NCBI GenBank assembly: GCA_048937405.1
Contig: JBHLNF010000004.1
Coordinates: 160,001 to 224,000, forward strand
Reading direction: 5' to 3'
DNA from: Promethearchaeota archaeon
GTDB lineage: Archaea > Asgardarchaeota > Lokiarchaeia > Sigyniarchaeales > SOKP01
Length of the DNA stretch: 64,000 nt
Below are positions 21,473-31,347 of this stretch, piece after piece. Position numbers and translations under genes: made by a program. Each line of letters opens with the position of its first letter. Position 1 is the first letter of the stretch. The notes beneath the pieces are model-generated. The model was not told the DNA's origin. It saw nothing but the letters and a program-made list of their open reading frames with translations, and ran no database searches.

Positions 21473-22810
21473 ATGGAAAAGAATTGGGAAAATTTATCAC
21501 GGGATGAAAGACAGGAGGAACTGTTTGAAAGGTGGCTTTCACCCCAGGATATTGAATTTGTCAGCTCTGAAGCTGAGAAAGCGTATAAAGAAAGAGTAAT
21601 AAGAATAAAAAATATTATTCAATTGAAAAAAAAGCCTGATAGAATTCCAGTTGTTCTGATGCTTGGATTTTTTCCAGCATATTATAGTGGTATAACTCCT
21701 AAAGATGCAATGTATGATTATGATAAATTATTTGTGGCATGGAAAAAAACTATTATAGATTTTGAGCCAGATGCTCATATAGGATGTTTTGTACCTGGTC
21801 CGGGAAAGATGTTTGATATTCTTGACTATAAGTTATATGCCTGGCCAGGTCATGGAGTCTCTCCTAATCATTCATACCAATGCGTTGAGAGTGAATACAT
21901 GAAAGCAGATGAGTATGATGCTTTTATTCAAGATCCCTCTGGTTTTTTTAGAAGTGTCTATTTACCTCGTGTATTTGGAACCTTAGATCCCCTTAAGCAA
22001 TTAGCACCTCTCACCAATATAATCGAATTACCATTTACAGGTGGCAATATCTTACCATACGGCCTTCCAGATGTTCAGGAGGCACTTAAAGCGCTCATGG
22101 AAGCAGGAAGTGAAGCCTTAAAATGGGCAGGAACTCTCGGAGTGTTCAATAAGGAGATGTCAGAAAATGGATTTCCAGACTTCTTTGGTGGTGCTACAAA
22201 AGCCCCTTATGATACTATTGGTGATACTCTCCGAGGAACTAAAGGAATCATGCTTGATATATACCAGCGACCTGAGAAGCTACTTAAGGCTCTTGAGGTA
22301 GCAACTCCTTTGATGGTAAATATGGGAGTATCTATGGCTAAGATGAATGGAATACCTATTGTTTTTATACCTTTACATAAAGGAGCTGATGGTTTTCTTT
22401 CTGATGATCAATTTAAGACTTTTTACTGGCCTTCCTTTAGAAGTCTTCTTATGGGCTTAATCGAGGAGGGATGTGTACCATTCTCTTATGTTGAAGGTGG
22501 GTTTAATTCCCGTTTAGAGGTTATTAAGGATTTACCTAAAGGTAAGGTTATATGGGCATTTGATTTAACAGATATGGAGAAGGCAAAAGAGATTTTAGGC
22601 GACACTGCTTGCATAGGTGGTAACATGCCGATTTCTCTATTAAATTTAGGAACACCACACGATATAAAAGAATATGCAAAGAACTTAATAGATACTATTG
22701 GGAAAGATGGTGGTTATTTAATGATGAACGGAGCTGTAATTGATGAGGCAAAACCAGAAAATGTTAAAGCCATGATTGACTTCACCAAAGAATACGGTGT
22801 ATATAAATAA
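21473..22810 (+). CDS. Uroporphyrinogen decarboxylase-family (MtaA/CmuA-like) methyltransferase
   Basis: PDRIPV, 'FLSDDQFKTFYWP', 'CIGGNMP', 'GKDGGYLM...KPENVKAM'; follows the corrinoid protein. Confidence 0.85.
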   Translation: MEKNWENLSRDERQEELFERWLSPQDIEFVSSEAEKAYKERVIRIKNIIQLKKKPDRIPVVLMLGFFPAYYSGITPKDAMYDYDKLFVAWKKTIIDFEPDAHIGCFVPGPGKMFDILDYKLYAWPGHGVSPNHSYQCVESEYMKADEYDAFIQDPSGFFRSVYLPRVFGTLDPLKQLAPLTNIIELPFTGGNILPYGLPDVQEALKALMEAGSEALKWAGTLGVFNKEMSENGFPDFFGGATKAPYDTIGDTLRGTKGIMLDIYQRPEKLLKALEVATPLMVNMGVSMAKMNGIPIVFIPLHKGADGFLSDDQFKTFYWPSFRSLLMGLIEEGCVPFSYVEGGFNSRLEVIKDLPKGKVIWAFDLTDMEKAKEILGDTACIGGNMPISLLNLGTPHDIKEYAKNLIDTIGKDGGYLMMNGAVIDEAKPENVKAMIDFTKEYGVYK

Positions 22811-22880
22811 AACAATTTCAAAATTTTTTTTTTTTTCACTAAGATTTTTTAAAACTCAAAATTATTCAAAATATTAAAGA

Positions 22881-24533
22881 TTAATCTCTCATTTCTTTTG
22901 GAAGTGTTAATACGCCTGTAAGAGGATTATTTAACGGATCTTGGCAATACTGAATGGTAAAATATATTAAATCATATAAAATGCTTGGATCCTCTCCATT
23001 TTTTAGTTTATAATCATATAAGCTTAATTGATATTCTGCTTCTGTTATGGGGGGCTCAGCATAAGATATACTTCCAAATACCGACTGTAATAGAGGTTTC
23101 ATAAATGGAGAATATAAGAATCCCAATTCTTTTAATTCATCTTTTAAATAGAAGAACATACGTTGTACAGCTTGCATCATATACCGGACAGGTTGATTTT
23201 TTGGGCCTAAATACTGTTCTGCAAAGTTAGGGTCATATTGGGCAAGTTTTTCTTGTGAAATATTCATAGGACGAAATAACGAGATTAATCCTCTTTCAAT
23301 CGCTGCTGCACGGTTTGTTGCGATGGTTTCACTCCCAGCATCGGGTACCCATACTCCCCTTTCTAACAATTTCCTTGCTTTATAACACATAGTTTGAATC
23401 AACATTCCAATACCAATTCGACGACAAATAGAAATCTGGGCATCACTAATTCGAACTTCAATGGTACCCCAATCAGTTAAAGGAAAGACATCCTGAAAAC
23501 GCCCATCTTCTAGGCTTGCTTTTTGGACAGTTTGAAGGAAAAAATTCACGGAATTTTCACTAATATCTGTTAAATAAGGGATATAATATTTTGGGTCATT
23601 TCCACTCAACATAGTAGTGTTATTCTTTAATCGTAATGATCTAGTGCAGTTTGGTGCAGTAATTCGTCCATTTATAATCTTTACCACATCTGTAGGCTTA
23701 TTATTAATAATAGGTGAATTACACGATAGAGCGATAAGATGAGGGATAAAATTTCGTATCATACAATAAGCTTGAACTTTTTCTAAATCAGACCTAAAAG
23801 AACCTATGTGAGAATGATCAGCTTGAGAAACTCCACGCATGTATTCTCTTGTTGCAGGATTTATGGCAGAAGCTATGATATGTAAATCCTTTGGTAATGT
23901 GGTTTTTGCTAGTAAGAATAGAGTACTCGCCCAATAAGCTAATTCTTCAACATAAGCACATGGAGGTGTTACAAGCTCTAATATATAAGTAATTGCGGTT
24001 ACATTGCCATCTCGAGCAAAAGTATCAATATCTACGTATGAATCTCCTAAAGCGTATCGAATATCCATAGCATACCCTTTTTCTAAATCATCTTTTCCCC
24101 ATGGTCTAGCTAAGACTTTTTGCCTAATGTATTCAGGAACTGGAAGAAAATCTTCTCTTCCTTCATATAACATCTCATCCATGATTTTAATGGCATCTTT
24201 AACAATTTCTTTCATCCGGAATACCATTTCTTCTCCAGGGGGATATTCACCACTATCATCTGCGATAATTAATTCCATTTCAATACCATGAGTAAAAGGT
24301 AAAGGCGTCCAATGTCCAGTGTCCATTAACATTTCGGACCATAGTCTTTCAGGAATTAGAACTTCTCTATAATCAGATCCAAGAAATAATTTATCTCCAG
24401 ATCGATCAATACGTCCTCCTAATGAAACAGCTGAAGTTGCCCCAACTTTTCCTTTTTTAGCATATAATTGTGAAAAAGTATCCCCTCGTTGATCTGCTTT
24501 TTTTCTCTTTTTTTTCTTTTTATCTTTTGCCAT
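22881..24533 (-). CDS. Glutamate-cysteine ligase family 2 (GCS2)-like carboxylate-amine ligase
   Basis: THGIEMEL, LELVTPP, HSHIG, LIALSCNSP, GTIEVRISD. Confidence 0.8.
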   Translation of the reverse strand: MAKDKKKKKRKKADQRGDTFSQLYAKKGKVGATSAVSLGGRIDRSGDKLFLGSDYREVLIPERLWSEMLMDTGHWTPLPFTHGIEMELIIADDSGEYPPGEEMVFRMKEIVKDAIKIMDEMLYEGREDFLPVPEYIRQKVLARPWGKDDLEKGYAMDIRYALGDSYVDIDTFARDGNVTAITYILELVTPPCAYVEELAYWASTLFLLAKTTLPKDLHIIASAINPATREYMRGVSQADHSHIGSFRSDLEKVQAYCMIRNFIPHLIALSCNSPIINNKPTDVVKIINGRITAPNCTRSLRLKNNTTMLSGNDPKYYIPYLTDISENSVNFFLQTVQKASLEDGRFQDVFPLTDWGTIEVRISDAQISICRRIGIGMLIQTMCYKARKLLERGVWVPDAGSETIATNRAAAIERGLISLFRPMNISQEKLAQYDPNFAEQYLGPKNQPVRYMMQAVQRMFFYLKDELKELGFLYSPFMKPLLQSVFGSISYAEPPITEAEYQLSLYDYKLKNGEDPSILYDLIYFTIQYCQDPLNNPLTGVLTLPKEMRD

Positions 24534-24648
24534 GGAATCTTTACCTTTTTATTACTTTACTGTATCCAATAATATAAAAAAATGATTTTTTTATTTACGA
24601 TATATATTAATACTTCAAATTTTATAATTTTAGGTTTATAACTTCAAT

Positions 24649-26487
24649 TTATAATAAAGATTGAATAAATGTCTTGAAAATATTATAATCATTGATAAAT
24701 TCATAGGAAAGCACTAAGTTAATAATTTTACATTTGTTCAGTGGAAATATATCTTTTAGATAATCAACAATTTTACCACCTTTGAAAAAAGAATCGTCTG
24801 TAATCAAATTAACAGAATCTCCAATTTTCCTAACTTTAGAGTGAAGGATTGTTTCTATCCCCATTTCATCCGACACAATAATGGTAGGCCTTCCTAAGTA
24901 TGGAATAAAATCTAAATTAAAAATTATCACTTGACCTGGAGCATTATTAATGTTTTTGAAAAATTGTTTTAATGAAGTTTGGACAGTCCTAACCTCATTT
25001 TCATTATAATTCTTTTTGATTGGATAAATAAAATAGGCGATTGATTTTTTTGAGGAATATTTGATATCATTATAGACTCGATCAATGATAGGAAAAATAC
25101 TAAAATCAAAACCGAATAATGATAAAAATGCAATTGTAAAATTAAAATCATTAACTAGGAGATTGTTACTTACATTTCCTCCAATTAGTGAGAAATTTCT
25201 AATTTCATTATTGACATCAGAACTGTATATATTTAATAAATAATACTGAGAAAAAACTAATTGTGATTCTGTTTTTGTTCTGATTTCATCAACCATCATA
25301 TAAACAACATTAAAAATATCTTTGCTAATTTTTTCCTTAAGTTCTGGAATATTCAGATTTTCAATAACAGCATGAGCTTTCGCAGGGCTTTCAATTTCAG
25401 CAAGACTGATGATTGCATCCTTAAAAATTTTATAATCTTGCTTTTTATAATCTGTTTTGAGTAATTTCAATATTTTTTCTATGATCAAATTTAGTACAAC
25501 AATTAATTCAGATCTTATATCTTGTTCTTTCAATTTTTTCGCAATATTGAATAAAATCTGTATTTTTTTAATATCACTTTCAATATAACCAATCAACTTT
25601 AGAGCCAATAGTGGATTAGATTCAATAATTTTGCTATATACTTTGAGTAATAAATTCTCCTTTGATGAGGGATCTTGAATTAGATTTCCAATTTTTAATG
25701 CTTGTTCTGGATTAATTACGACATGATCTTGAGCTAAAAATTCTAATATGTGTAGTTTAACATTTGCATCAGTTATATTATTAATGAATTGTAAAGAGGA
25801 CTCAATATTTTTAATACCGTATGCTCTAATCAAACTATAATATAAGTCAGTTTGATCTTTTTTTTTAGACAGCATTAATGCTAATTCTAAAGCACGTGAG
25901 AGATTGTTAACAGAAAGATATCCTTTTGCTAGATTTTCTAAATATTTATCGATTTCTTCCAAAAGTTTTGAAATTTTTGACCCTGTTGCTTGTAGTGAAT
26001 TATAATCTTCTTTTAATTTTTTCAATTGTTGTTCTGCTTTTTTTATTACATCCTTCTTCATATCTATAATATAATCATCTGGATTAAACAAATCTGAAAT
26101 CTTTTTTTCAAGGAATGAATAATTCTCTAATATTTTTTTAAATTTTCTTTCTTGAATTTCATCTCTTACTTTCTGTACTTTTACAGTATATTCTGTAATC
26201 TTTAACCAATGAGCCTTTATAGTTAATTTTCCAGAACCATCAGAATTAGGTTCTAATTTTAACTCAAGATTTTTTGTTTCTCCAGGACCAAACTCGGTAA
26301 TCTCAGTTAATTCGATGGGATTAACATCTATAGTTAAATTTTCACCCTCGAATTCTAATTTAAAGTTTTCCTTTCTATTCGAATAATTTATTGCTTGAAT
26401 TGAAACAATATTATCAATCCCGGGAATCAATAGATTTTGAGGGAATTTTGTAATGTTTAAAGATATAATTTGATTAGCATTTGACAT
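24649..26487 (-). CDS. Hypothetical protein (beta-rich N-terminus, helical-repeat middle)
   Basis: 612 aa ORF with an alpha-solenoid-like pattern in the centre. Confidence 0.6.
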   Translation of the reverse strand: MSNANQIISLNITKFPQNLLIPGIDNIVSIQAINYSNRKENFKLEFEGENLTIDVNPIELTEITEFGPGETKNLELKLEPNSDGSGKLTIKAHWLKITEYTVKVQKVRDEIQERKFKKILENYSFLEKKISDLFNPDDYIIDMKKDVIKKAEQQLKKLKEDYNSLQATGSKISKLLEEIDKYLENLAKGYLSVNNLSRALELALMLSKKKDQTDLYYSLIRAYGIKNIESSLQFINNITDANVKLHILEFLAQDHVVINPEQALKIGNLIQDPSSKENLLLKVYSKIIESNPLLALKLIGYIESDIKKIQILFNIAKKLKEQDIRSELIVVLNLIIEKILKLLKTDYKKQDYKIFKDAIISLAEIESPAKAHAVIENLNIPELKEKISKDIFNVVYMMVDEIRTKTESQLVFSQYYLLNIYSSDVNNEIRNFSLIGGNVSNNLLVNDFNFTIAFLSLFGFDFSIFPIIDRVYNDIKYSSKKSIAYFIYPIKKNYNENEVRTVQTSLKQFFKNINNAPGQVIIFNLDFIPYLGRPTIIVSDEMGIETILHSKVRKIGDSVNLITDDSFFKGGKIVDYLKDIFPLNKCKIINLVLSYEFINDYNIFKTFIQSLL

Positions 26488-26614
26488 AATTCAATTATTT
26501 TTTTACTCTCTTTAATAATACTAAATCAGAATTTCTCATCATTTTTTAGGTTTAATAATTAACAATTCTTAAATTTTTTATTGTTAGATCCAAATTATAT
26601 TAAAAACAGCTCTT

Positions 26615-27382
26615 TTATTTACCCATTCGGCGATCTCTAGCAATAAAGTCCTTAAGATCCTCAACAACCATTTCTTTATTATAGTCCGGCCAAAATTCTT
26701 TTCGGAATTTAAATTCTGCATAAGAAGCATCCCATAACAAGAATCCTGAGATTCTAGCTCCATCATTCATGCCAGTTCTAATAATATAATCTAAAGGAGG
26801 AAAGTCTTTTGAATAGAGGTGTGATTCAATTAAATCTTTATTAACCTGTTCTGGTTTAATTCCATTACTCACAATTTCCTTCACAGCATCAACAATTTCT
26901 TCATGACCATCATACATAACGCAAAGATTAATGAAATTTTGGTCGTTATCTTTAGTAAGCTCCATTAAATCTTGAAATTTCTCCTTAACATCATTTGGTA
27001 ACATTGAAATCTTTCCAATAATATTAAATTTAACTTTTTCCTCTTTAACGATTGATTCATTTATAATGGTATCGATAGCTTTGATCATTAACTTATAAAT
27101 ATACTCAATTTCTACAGGTTTACGTTTCCTAACATTCTCTAATGATAATATATATAAACTCAAATAATGAATTCCCGCATCAAAAAAATCGAATAATCGC
27201 TTTTTAAGGTTTTCGTAGCCAATTAAATGCCCTAAATTGATTTCGAGATTCCTCTTCTTGGCCCATCTTCTGTTAATGTCTAGAAGTGGAAATCTCTTCT
27301 AAGTACCATCAATGATGAGGCCAATATGTTTGGGTAACCTTTCTTTTTCTCTTAATTTAAGTTCTTCTAGAATAGTTTGCAT
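26615..27382 (-). CDS. uppS: cis-prenyltransferase (undecaprenyl/polyprenyl diphosphate synthase) interrupted by a 30-nt candidate intron; 245 aa when spliced
   Basis: ATG at 27382: MQTILEE...LPKHIGLIIDG[insert with TAG]NRRWAKK...GH...LSLENVRKR...DYIIRTG...RISGFLLW. Confidence 0.9.
27274..27303 (-). other. Candidate BHB-type mRNA intron in uppS (30 nt)
   Basis: CTTAGAAGAGATTTCCACTTCTAGACATTA; 7-bp hairpin; removal restores GAT GGT AAC AGA AGA TGG (DGNRRW). Confidence 0.8.
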
Positions 27383-27797
27383 GAAGTTTTAAAAAAAAAT
27401 TTTACTTTCAATATTAATATGAATATTAAAGGTATTAAATTTTTCTTAAAATTTAAAAATAGCTATATTATTCAAATTTATATTGGATTTTAGTTTTTAA
27501 TTTGTAGAATGATACTTTTCAAGCTTAAATTACTCTTCAAAATAAACTTTTACTTTTTCTTACAGTCTTTTACCGATAGTAAGAATTTGAGTAATTCAAA
27601 CTTCTTACCTTTATTTAAACTGAAATTATATAAAGAAATTCTTATATATAAAATTAAAATAGTATTTTGATAATCAATATAAAAAATTATAAAATCGAAA
27701 AAAAAAGAAATTTGGGATTAAAATTTCCTAATACTACTTAACATGTAATTGACATCACCTTTCAAAATACTGTTAGTATTAACCTAAAATCCTCTAT

Positions 27798-29048
27798 TTA
27801 TTCTAAATTATTATCATCCTGATTGGTGGAGGAATAAATATAAATGCCATCAGTCTTGATATCCTCTGCAATATTCCCTATAATAATATTATAGTTAGCT
27901 TGTGAATTTAAATAAATTCCATAACCATCTCCAATAGGATAAATCTGCTGTATCAAGTTTCCATATATAGTATTATTATTAGTATTTAAATAAATCCCAT
28001 AAGCATCAGAAATATCAGAATAAATGTTAATGATCTTATTACCACTAATCACACTAAAATTTCCAGTAAATATAAAAATCCCATATGTTTCTGATAAATT
28101 AGAATAAATGTTAGTAATTGTATTGCTATTTATAGTATTGAATTCAGAATTATAGCTCATAATCCCATAGCTTCCATTATATCCAAAAATATCATGAATA
28201 ATATTATTACTTAGCGTATTGTTATTTGCATAAGCCAATCCAATTCCTTCAACTAAATCAGAAATAGAATAAAGACCATCAATTATATTATCACTTAACG
28301 TATTAAAATTTGATAAGTACAAATGAATCGCTAATTGGGGGCCTACTCCAATCTGATTTTTGATGATATTTCCATTTAGCGTATTAAAATTGGTATGACT
28401 CAATGTAATACCAGCATAATACATTGATACTATCAAATTATCAAGAATGTGACAAGAATCACTATTTTCTCTTAAAGAAATCCCTATATTCAAATCAGAA
28501 AGGTAACAGTTTTGTATCCAGACATTAGAAGAATTAACTTTAATTCCAAAACCTATCTCTGCACCATTAATCTGAATATTTTTAATATAGACAGGATTAT
28601 CTTTTATATCAGCAATATATATTGCATAATCTAAATCAGATAAAAAATCAGTTGTATCTATTTTTAGATCTTGAATAGTGCACGTTTCAACATTTGTTAT
28701 TCTGAATGCTGTTCTATTACCACCACAATCGACCGTAATGGAACCATTCCCTTGAATAGTGTAAGCACCTCCTTGATCAATATCGATTGTAGCGTTAATA
28801 GTAATATCTTCAGTTATTACAATTATACCTGAGCCAGAACTAATTAAATTAATAGCATTTTGTACTTCTGCACTTGTATTACAATAATAACCAGGAGCAT
28901 CTTCACCATCTAATCCGTCTTGCCCAGGAGGACCTTGATTACCATCTCCAAATAAATCACTAATAAACATAAATGATCCTAGACCAAGTCCCGCTGTTCC
29001 AATAATAATTCCAATAATTCCTATTAATAAACCTTTGTTTTCACCCAT
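27798..29048 (-). CDS. Membrane-anchored right-handed beta-helix (NosD/CASH) protein with a short collagen-like linker
   Basis: N-terminal TM, GNQGPPGQDGLDG triplets, repeated 'GIxL...NTLSxNII' units. Confidence 0.8.
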   Translation of the reverse strand: MGENKGLLIGIIGIIIGTAGLGLGSFMFISDLFGDGNQGPPGQDGLDGEDAPGYYCNTSAEVQNAINLISSGSGIIVITEDITINATIDIDQGGAYTIQGNGSITVDCGGNRTAFRITNVETCTIQDLKIDTTDFLSDLDYAIYIADIKDNPVYIKNIQINGAEIGFGIKVNSSNVWIQNCYLSDLNIGISLRENSDSCHILDNLIVSMYYAGITLSHTNFNTLNGNIIKNQIGVGPQLAIHLYLSNFNTLSDNIIDGLYSISDLVEGIGLAYANNNTLSNNIIHDIFGYNGSYGIMSYNSEFNTINSNTITNIYSNLSETYGIFIFTGNFSVISGNKIINIYSDISDAYGIYLNTNNNTIYGNLIQQIYPIGDGYGIYLNSQANYNIIIGNIAEDIKTDGIYIYSSTNQDDNNLE

Positions 29049-29530
29049 AAATTCATACCTTTATTTAGTAAATTAAAGTAATTATGATTTAGAAGACTCT
29101 ATAATATATAAACATAATAAGAAAATAACTTACATATTTGCAATAGACTTAAATATGTTTTTTTTTAATTTTCTTTAATCATGAGAGAGAGTGTATTCTT
29201 ATATTCAAGTAAATATTAGAAAATAGGTTATAGTTTAGAAAAAATCATATTTTTAGATAGATAGAAATATTAATCTTTTTTAGCAGTTTTCTGCAAATTT
29301 AATTCTTTAATGGAATGAGAGTTATAGAATTAAATTAACTTTTTTTATTAAAAAAAAAGGTTTTTTTATTACTTTTCATATTCGTATAATTCGAAAATAT
29401 GATTCATATCGTTAAGCTTAAATAGCTGTTTACAATAAAATGGTTTAATTAGATAAATAATTAAACAAATAAACATTTATTTTTTTTAACCGTTACCACA
29501 GAAAAATTACTTTACTGGGAAAAACTTATT

Positions 29531-31165
29531 ATGCTTTCAGACGATTACTTATTTTCTGATATTGGAATTGATTCAATTGGTTTTTACGCGCCTAGACATT
29601 ATGTAGCTTTAAAAGACCTAGCATTAAAAAGGAGTGTAGACCCTGAAAAATATGCGAAAGGACTTCTATCAAAAGAGATGCGAGTTGCTGAAGTTGATGA
29701 GGACATTATTTCTTTAGGATTAAAGGCGGGATATAATGCTATATTAAGAGGGGGTATTTCACCAAAGAGTATAGATGCATTATTTGTGGGTACAGAAACA
29801 GAAGTATATGCAGCAAAATCAATTTCAAATATTTTTGCGGAGATGTTAGAAATCTCACCAAATGCGTTAACCCAAGATGTTTACAATGCATGTGCAGGTG
29901 GGACTTTAGCAATTCTTAATGCTATTGCGATGATTGAAAAGGAAATCATCAATAAAGCTCTTGTTATTAGTGCCGACATTTCCTCATATAATTTAGGATC
30001 TCCTGGAGAACCTACTCAAGGTTCGGGAGCAGTGGGACTTGTTATTTCAAAAGATCCCCGCATTGCTACTTTCTCTAAACGATTTGGAAAAGTATCCGGT
30101 AATGTTAACGACTTCTTTAGACCTCCAAATGACAAAAATGCAAGAGCATTTGGAAGTTATTCTCAAGAAACCTATATTGATTTTCAATTAAAAGCGTATG
30201 ATAACCTACTTGAAAATGCAGGAGATTTTCATGCTGATTTTTATACATTTCACGCTCCTTTTTCAAAATTGCCATTAAAAATAATGCAACAAATCATATT
30301 AAAGCGATGGATAAAGCATATAAGTGATTTACCTAAATTTGAAAAAAATAGATTTAGATCCTCCATTCTTAAAAAATTGGATTCATTCTTACATGATGTT
30401 ACCGTATTACCAGAATATCTTTATCTAAAATTAAATGAAAGAGGATTTTCCTCAGCAACACTAGAACGTCTTTCAAATTGGGTGAATACAAATATAAAAG
30501 CAAGAGTTCTTCCTCAATTAAGAGTACCAATGCATTTCGGCAATATGTATAATGCCAGTATCTGGGCACAGATTATTTTACTTCTTGAGAATTATGCTCA
30601 TGCTGGTGATACATTTTATTTTGGATCTTATGGTTCAGGTGCAACTTGTATTTCTGGACTTTTAAAAGTTAAAGAGAGTTTTAATGAAATAGTTCAAAAT
30701 GGACCTTTTATAAATGATTTTATTCATTTGAAGAAAAAGAAATCTGTATTAGAGTATGAGTTAGCAAAAAACGGTGATGTAAAACCGATAGTTTTATTAG
30801 GTCGTATTAGAGAGCATGAACAAAACAATGATAGAGGTTTTACCTTACATTTTTGTGATGAGGGATGTATCATACCAAACATAAAGGGATTAGATCATTG
30901 TCCTAAAGGTCACTCTGGATATCATGAACGATTCTTCCCTCTTTTTGCTAAATTGGCATCTGAACCTGTTGCTCATAATAACATTACTGATTTGAGGTAT
31001 CTGAATAAAGGATTAGTAAGAGTGGCAAACAATGTAAGTAAGGGGAATTCTTTAGAATATGAAATTAGGAGAGTTGAACTGGAATATGAGGAAAATCTCA
31101 ATGCAAAAGGTCTTTTAAACTGGACGCCTTTCTATATTAATCTCCCAAATCACCACGTTTATTGA
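29531..31165 (+). CDS. HMG-CoA synthase with internal insertion and C-terminal extension
   Basis: VGTET, NACAGGT (catalytic Cys), GEPTQGSGAV, FHAPF, GNMYNAS, SYGSG. Confidence 0.92.
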   Translation: MLSDDYLFSDIGIDSIGFYAPRHYVALKDLALKRSVDPEKYAKGLLSKEMRVAEVDEDIISLGLKAGYNAILRGGISPKSIDALFVGTETEVYAAKSISNIFAEMLEISPNALTQDVYNACAGGTLAILNAIAMIEKEIINKALVISADISSYNLGSPGEPTQGSGAVGLVISKDPRIATFSKRFGKVSGNVNDFFRPPNDKNARAFGSYSQETYIDFQLKAYDNLLENAGDFHADFYTFHAPFSKLPLKIMQQIILKRWIKHISDLPKFEKNRFRSSILKKLDSFLHDVTVLPEYLYLKLNERGFSSATLERLSNWVNTNIKARVLPQLRVPMHFGNMYNASIWAQIILLLENYAHAGDTFYFGSYGSGATCISGLLKVKESFNEIVQNGPFINDFIHLKKKKSVLEYELAKNGDVKPIVLLGRIREHEQNNDRGFTLHFCDEGCIIPNIKGLDHCPKGHSGYHERFFPLFAKLASEPVAHNNITDLRYLNKGLVRVANNVSKGNSLEYEIRRVELEYEENLNAKGLLNWTPFYINLPNHHVY

Positions 31166-31347
31166 TTTTTTAAATTAAAAGTGAATTTTCATTTAAAAAC
31201 TTAGAATTCTCCTAAAAATTGTTTTATAAAAATCGCATACTAACTTCTATACTTAAAATAACTAAAAACTAAGAAAATAAAATAGAATATGGATAAACTT
31301 TTTAATTTTTATAAAAATGAATAAAATAATTCAAACAATTAAAAATC

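Noticed and set aside
27274-27303. Pyrrolysine or stop-codon readthrough of the in-frame TAG in uppS (a hairpin follows it)
   Set aside because: Readthrough would leave 10 extra residues inside the DGNRR catalytic loop, no pyl genes are in the window, and it cannot explain the frameshifting 31-nt insert in mvk
27272-27304. Alternative BHB register in uppS (GAUG/CAUU helix, 32-nt excision)
   Set aside because: It gives an out-of-frame product and a mismatch at the base of the intron stem; the 30-nt register fits the protein
30290-30510. HMG-CoA synthase internal insertion as a further intron or an intein
   Set aside because: In frame, stop-free and protein-like; no BHB hairpin or intein terminal motifs were seen
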